Below are positions 58,052-64,000 of a DNA stretch of 64,000 nucleotides, in pieces (the first letter of the stretch is position 1; every line of letters begins with the position of its first letter). The stretch is from assembly GCF_009914755.1 (NCBI RefSeq), contig NC_060937.1. One strand, written 5' to 3'. The translations under genes and the position numbers were made by a program. The stretch comes from the human T2T-CHM13v2.0 reference genome, Homo sapiens. The notes under the pieces were generated by a model. That model searched no databases and was not told the DNA's origin. It worked only from the letters and a program-made list of their open reading frames with translations.

Positions 58052-59290
58052 GTAGCAGCATTTAACTCTCTGTACTATTCTCTCCTTTAAACATTCCTTC
58101 TCTTTGTTTCTAGAAGTTCACATCTATCTCATTGACTATTAGTTCTAAACCTTCTTTGCTGGATCCTGCATTGTAGAATGTGCTATGCTTGAGCCTCGTT
58201 GACCCTTATTTTCTGTAACTTATCCTAGATGAATTCATGCAGTCTTTTGTTTTCTTTATTATTTTAATTGACATATCATAATTGTATATGTTTATATGGC
58301 ACAATATAGTTTGAAATATGTATACTCATCCAGTCTTACAGCTTAAATGTTATCCATTTATTAATTACTGCCACATTTAAATGTTCTGGTCTGACCTCAC
58401 CTGTGAATTCAAGTCAGAATTTCCTAATACTTGTCAATACTTTCAATTTCAAGTCTATTAGCCACCTTAGAATTAATGTGTTCAAAACAGAACCTTGTCC
58501 TCAATTGAATGTGTTCCCGCCTAAGCATTTTTCATCTCAGTAAATAGGACTATCATCCAGACAACTATTAAAGGCAAAACTAGAATTCAATATGGATGTC
58601 TCCTAACTGATCCTCCTACATATAAACCATTAGATAATTTTGATAGCTTTACTTTCAAGCAAAAGGCAAAACAAACAAAACAAAACACGCAATTTTCCAT
58701 TTACTTTTCTTCAAATTTATTGCTTCCATCCTAATTCGATTCAATTCAATCTAATCCATTCCAACATCATTTCTTATGGTGACTACTGATATTAGCATAT
58801 ATATGACCTTCTTGCTTCAATCTTTGCTCTGAAGATACATTGATGTTTCTTAATAAAAATTACATTGTCTTACTCTTGAGCACAGAATTATTGAATTCCA
58901 GTGCCCTTAAAAGAAAAACCAAATCCTTATCCCTTGCCTACAAGGCCCATTATGACTTGCCACTAGCTGTTTCACTGGTAGTGAAACATTTTACCTTCCC
59001 TTGACTTCCACCATATTTGCCTTCTTTCAGTTTCTTTGAATACACCAGAACTTCCTTCTTGGTGACTTTTCTGGAATGTCCTCTCTAAACCTTAACCTAA
59101 TTCTATTTCTCTGATTATACATGTCTCCAAAGCTGTTCTTTCTCTTTTTATTGGCTTTCAATGCTTCCCTCTAGAATGCAGAATCTATAAGAACTAAGAT
59201 CTTTGCTAATACACACAATTTTTAATTTCCATTGTCAAGAATTTTTTTGAGGCTGAAGGACACCATTCAGTAAATAATGCTGAACGTTAA
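57760..59290 (+). mobile_element. LINE-2 remnant
   Basis: cagcatttaactctctgtactattctctcctt, ctgacctcacctgtgaattcaag, aatgtgttcaaaacagaac, catctcagtaaatagg, ttcagtaaataatgctgaa. Confidence 0.65.
57997..58048. repeat. (TA)26 pure microsatellite
   Basis: Uninterrupted TA run. Confidence 0.98.
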
Positions 59291-61529
59291 ATAGCTCTAC
59301 CTGGTTGTGAAATAGTAAATGCTATTTTGCCTTCTAAATTGAACTGACGAAAATATTGTATGTTGTGCTAGAACTTGATTTGTCAAATGTGTTATTTTGA
59401 AAATATTAAAGAGAAAGAGGTGGTTTCTTTTAGAAAGATTTTTTTAATGCAGTCAGAAGATACATAAGAGAGGGGAGAGAAGCCCAGGCAGATGCTGAAC
59501 ATAATGTTTGAACATAATGCCTCCTTTATGAACAGCAGAGAAGTGCAAAGCTCTTATAGCAGAGTGTGATTTGGGAACTAACCAACAGACTCTGTGTGAG
59601 ACTTTTCTATAAGCAGAGTATCCAAAGATGTTAAAACCTCTCTGGGAGATTGTCTCTCTTTTTCCCGATTCTCAGATGGAAAACACTGTTTTGAAGCTCT
59701 TCTTTATTCAGGCTGGCTAGTTTAGTTATTTCCAGTCTAGCGGATTATCTGGGGAAGTTATTTCCCAGAAATTTCTAAAAGACTAAAAGACGTAGAAATG
59801 TTACAGCTTGAAAGGTGACCCAGACCTCCATGACAGAAATAATTTCACCTGAAAAGTACTCTTCTCTAAAGTTGGGTTTACACTTTTCTAAAATAGGTTG
59901 TGCCAATTGGCACTGAAGTTGGAAAATTCTATTGGGGAGAAATCTCAGACCTGATGACTTAATTACAAGGCTTTGCCAGAACTTAGTTTTTAGCTTTTTG
60001 TTGGTATTTTGCCTAAAATTAGTAGTATTGAAAGAAAAAGTAATAACACTAAAATCTGAGTTAAAAATAAGAATAACAACAAAAAAGGATTTGTACAGCT
60101 AAGAAAAGTTGTTGTTTGGAGAAGCCATTTTTTCTCCCTTAATTCCCAGATGCTAGTCTGGTCATCCAAGCCAAATGAAAAGAATTGTTGGTAATTAAAA
60201 AGTAATTCACTGAAGTGAGTGCAGCTGTGGCAATGAGCTTTATTGCCAAACTCAGTGTGATCTATAGAAGCAAATCCTAATTTTTCAAGTGAAAAAAACA
60301 TTATTTACTCATGAGGATAAGTCTGAAATGTTTATTTTCTTTATAAAAACTTTGGTGAATATATAGCAATGAAATTTTTCAAGAAGAAAGGAAATTTTGC
60401 CTAATAAGTACTAGTCTCAGGTATAAGTGAATATGAGCAATTATATACATACTACTCTAAGCATGTGAATATTAGGCAAATATTATTACCTATTTTATTC
60501 TTTGAGTGTAAATGGCTAGAAAATAAAAAGTCAGGAAAAGAATTAAAAAGGAACATTTAAATCATGTATTTATTTTAGCTTTTAAATATTGATACGTATT
60601 TTGAAATTTCCATTAAAATATTATTAAAGCTGTGAGAATTTTATTGATATTCTTTTGACATTTTCTTTACCAGACACAGTTATCATACCCCTCACACCAA
60701 ATTTTCCTGCATGCCGAGTACCTTCCACACTGAGAGTAAATATGACCCTTAGTTGGCATCTCTCATATTTCTCTGGGCTGTTACTAACTTTGTCTTGTCA
60801 GAACTTTGAGCTTCTTTATGTTCTATTTTGGTATTTACTAAAATCTTGAAATTACATGAAAGCATTTCTGTCTCCTGCAAGATACTGCTACTTTTTAAAA
60901 GAGCAGGAAATATTTTCACCTACATTGTATATGCGCTAACTTCATACATCACATTTACTATATAGCAGGACCTTGGCACCCAGGAGAGTTTTACAAAAAG
61001 TAAATAGAGTGAAGAAAGAGTGAAATAATGATACATCTTATATAAATTTCTATAATTTATTTCTATTTGTATTATCAGAGTTTTGACAACTATATCAGTA
61101 CTATTTTTAATGCATAAGAAAGATTAGTATATTATTACTTAAAGTCAATTACTTAGCAACAGGAGTTATTTGTTGCTGTTCATAAATTTGTTAAATACAT
61201 GTAGGGACCTTTTTTTCCATCAGACTTATGCTCAAAGTATACAAGAGAATTCATTGGAAAACTGCATTAACGACAATTTACTTTTAAGCAATGTCTACTA
61301 GAATTTAAATATTCAGAGAACTGGTTCTTCTTCATCAAACTCTCTTCCCTCCTCTCTACGGAGAATACACTCCCAAATCGTTATCACTTTCTCTTAAACT
61401 TTAATTACTTCCCTTCATTGTATGTCACTACCATTTACCAGTGTGACCATACTTGTTGTTTATGATAATTGCGCATTCCAAGAAATCATTGCTCAGGCAG
61501 GCTAGTTGTTAAGTGTTTTGCACAGTTCA

Positions 61530-61740
61530 CATTTTAAATAGACCAGGCAAGAGAAAATAGTATCCTGAACCAAAGGAGTAGTGGTAGAGATAGTAGTAAG
61601 TGGTAAGATTTTGCATTTGTTTTGAAAGTAGTGCCAACAGAAATTTGTTGTTGAATTGAATGTAAAATATGAGAGGAGTAAGAAATGCCAACACATATTT
61701 TGACCTGAGCATCTAAAAGATGATAATTGCTATTTGTGGA
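61530..61740 (-). mobile_element. LINE-2 fragment
   Basis: ccaggcaagaga...ctgaaccaaagg...gtggtagaga...ttttgaaagtag...ttttgacctgagcatct. Confidence 0.65.
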
Positions 61741-62254
61741 AATATTAAAATCTTACATTCTATCTGACCTAAGCGCAAGTTCCTAGCTGTTTGTGACCTA
61801 TTGATTACAGCAGAATCTAAGCAAGAGTTATAGTGATTCTAAATTACAATAAAACCCCCATAATTCATAGCAAAGAATGTCTTTATGGTTAAAGAAGAAT
61901 ATATGATACGTTTTTTAAAATAAAATTTCACAATAAAAAGATTTAAGAACTCAAAAGGTATGCCTCTGGGTCAAAAATATATTTACTGAAAATTTATATC
62001 TATATCACTCAATTATTTTTTGTCATAACAATATCTATAAAACACATAAATGGAAATTAGGACTAATCTAGTTTACTCCAGATAAGTGACTCAATAAAAT
62101 AATTAAATTATTGATTTTTAAGTATTGATAACTTGACAGCACATTCAGTATTCAAAATTTCTTAAAACAAAATGTTGCTTATTACTTATTTTTTCTTTCT
62201 CAGTTCTCCAGCTGTCATAGACTGTACCTAAGAATTACACCCTTTTATATAATG

Positions 62255-62480
62255 CATGGTCATTAGTCAATGACAGTATATTATATTTTTGGAAAATGCT
62301 GAGAGTGCATGTTGTGTTCTTGCCAAAAAAATAATAACTATGTGAGGTAAATTCATATCTCAATTAGCTAGATTAACCATTCCACAGTGTATATACACTT
62401 CAAAGCATCATGTTGTATAACATAAATACATACAAATTTGACAATTTAAATAAATGCATACATTTAAAAACAAAAATAAA
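62255..62480 (+). mobile_element. L1MA 3' terminal fragment
   Basis: aaaatgctgagag, ataactatgtgaggta, aattagctagatt, ccattccaca, catcatgttgta, A-rich tail. Confidence 0.8.
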
Positions 62481-63559
62481 CAATTTAAAAGTCTCTTCAT
62501 TGTGTCAACCTTTTTATAGAGTATAAATTATGCCATCATGGTTACTCAAAATTATTTTTGTAGTAGTGCAGTTTTTCTTTTAGTAAATCAGTAAATATAT
62601 TCAGTTTCTGGCATATAACGGTAATGAAATTTAAGACTAACAAAGTATTTGCATGGACACATTATTTTTGTAAAGAATATATAATGTGTGATACCTCATA
62701 TATCCACAAAAATAAAGAAACATTAGTAATTTATCTAGCTATTTTCACTTTCCTGATACACTTGAATGAGCTAATATATTTAAATGAGCAAAAGATAGTT
62801 TTTCAGTTTGCTTGTTGCAAAAGTGTTGCTGAACATATAATTGAATTATCCACTGTTTTTCAAAAAGTAAGTGAGATACAAAAAGGTATGTAATAAGTGA
62901 GATATAAAAGCTATGTATGATTGTATGCAATCAAATATTAATAATCTCCTTAGAAGAAAAACTATCACATTTTCAATATTAATATAGTAGTCTGGAATTA
63001 ATATGCATTTAAAGATAAAAGAATAGGAAATATGGTTTTACCAAGAAGTAATTTAAAAAAAAAGTCTCTTAGAGGAAGTTTAAAGCATATTTCTTCTAAA
63101 AATTGGTAACTACTGTTGATCTTTACATTGGAATTTTCCTTCAGCTTTTTATTTTATTTTGTTACTTTTTAGAACACCCTTTTACACTCTCTGACTGCAG
63201 GAAATGAAAGCATACGTCTAGAAAATTGTTAAATTCTCCATTTTAGATAACTATTTCAGAGGATTTATTCAAAGTGTATGCTAATGGGTATCTTTCTAAG
63301 GAAACAGATTCATGGTTTAAAATATCCACTTTCTCCCGGAAAAGGAAATAAACCTTTTACTGAATCACTGCGATGGAAGTAGTTGTTTAAATGAAGCCTT
63401 CCCAAACTCCAAAATAAGTTTGATAAAGTACTTACTAACTTGTCAAACCTATAGTTATTCAAGTTTTCAAGTACTCCTTGAAAGTATTCGTGGAAATATC
63501 TGAAATGGGTGCCCCAGACAGGAGGAACAAGTGTAAATCCTGGCAGGATGTTAATTGCG

Positions 63560-63750
63560 GAGGTACCTGTGTGCTTGGAGTCCATGGAGAAAGGGGCAGA
63601 ATGGTGAGATGAGGTCTGAGAGAAGAGCAGATATCCAAGACAGTGCAGGATATTATATTCTACGTGAAGATACTGGAATATTTTCAGATGGAAATAGGAA
63701 GCATCCAGTAGTTTGAGCAGAGCTGGAATCTAATCTGAATTACATTTTAA
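63560..63750 (-). mobile_element. LINE-2 fragment
   Basis: gagatgaggtctgagag, gtttgagcag, atctgaattacatttt. Confidence 0.55.
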
Positions 63751-63914
63751 TTAAAGTACACTGTATTATTTGCTGGAAAAATTAATAAAATAATATCAAA
63801 CATTCCAGATCAGTAAGTAACTTGTCCCTTTAAAGAGTGAAATTGCAAAGCTAAAACATTGCTCTTATATTACAGTGATATTTGTAAATTCTGAAGATAA
63901 ATTTAAAATTTAAA

Positions 63915-64000
63915 ATAGAGATAGAAAGTAGAAGGATGGTTACCAGAAGCTGAGAAGAATAGTTGGGGGATGGGAGAAAGGTGGGGGTGGTTTATGGGAA
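63915..64000 (+). mobile_element. L1MA 3'UTR fragment, runs off the window end
   Basis: gagatagaaagtagaaggatggttaccagaagctg. Confidence 0.7.

Noticed and set aside
58968-58988. Perfect 9-bp stem hairpin tgtttcact-ggt-agtgaaaca
   Set aside because: Too short to distinguish from chance, and it lies inside an L2 remnant.

Overview
AT-rich, CpG-poor human genomic DNA. A human-specific AluYb8 copy at 18351-18560 fixes the species. I find no protein-coding gene, RNA gene or CpG island; the window reads as intergenic or deep-intronic and is largely made of transposon fossils: Alus (J, S, Y, Yb8), a 5'-inverted L1PA3-like LINE-1, old L1M/L2/MIR remnants, MaLR, ERVL and ERV1 LTRs and internal fragments, a MER6 DNA transposon, and (TA)n/(TG)n microsatellites. 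The long ORFs are dead L1 ORF2 pieces, an ERV env remnant, or Alu and microsatellite artefacts. I found no convincing new biological system. The best second-look items are structural: (1) an LTR-less ERV env fragment inserted with an L1-style TSD and A-rich tail inside MER6; (2) a ~170-bp hairpin at a MaLR junction; (3) two apparent locally templated micro-insertions; (4) a shortened Alu with a non-Alu 3' filler inside its TSD; (5) two twin-primed L1s; (6) a possibly polymorphic AluYb8. All subfamily names come from recall of consensus sequences, not from a search, and boundaries of old repeats are approximate.
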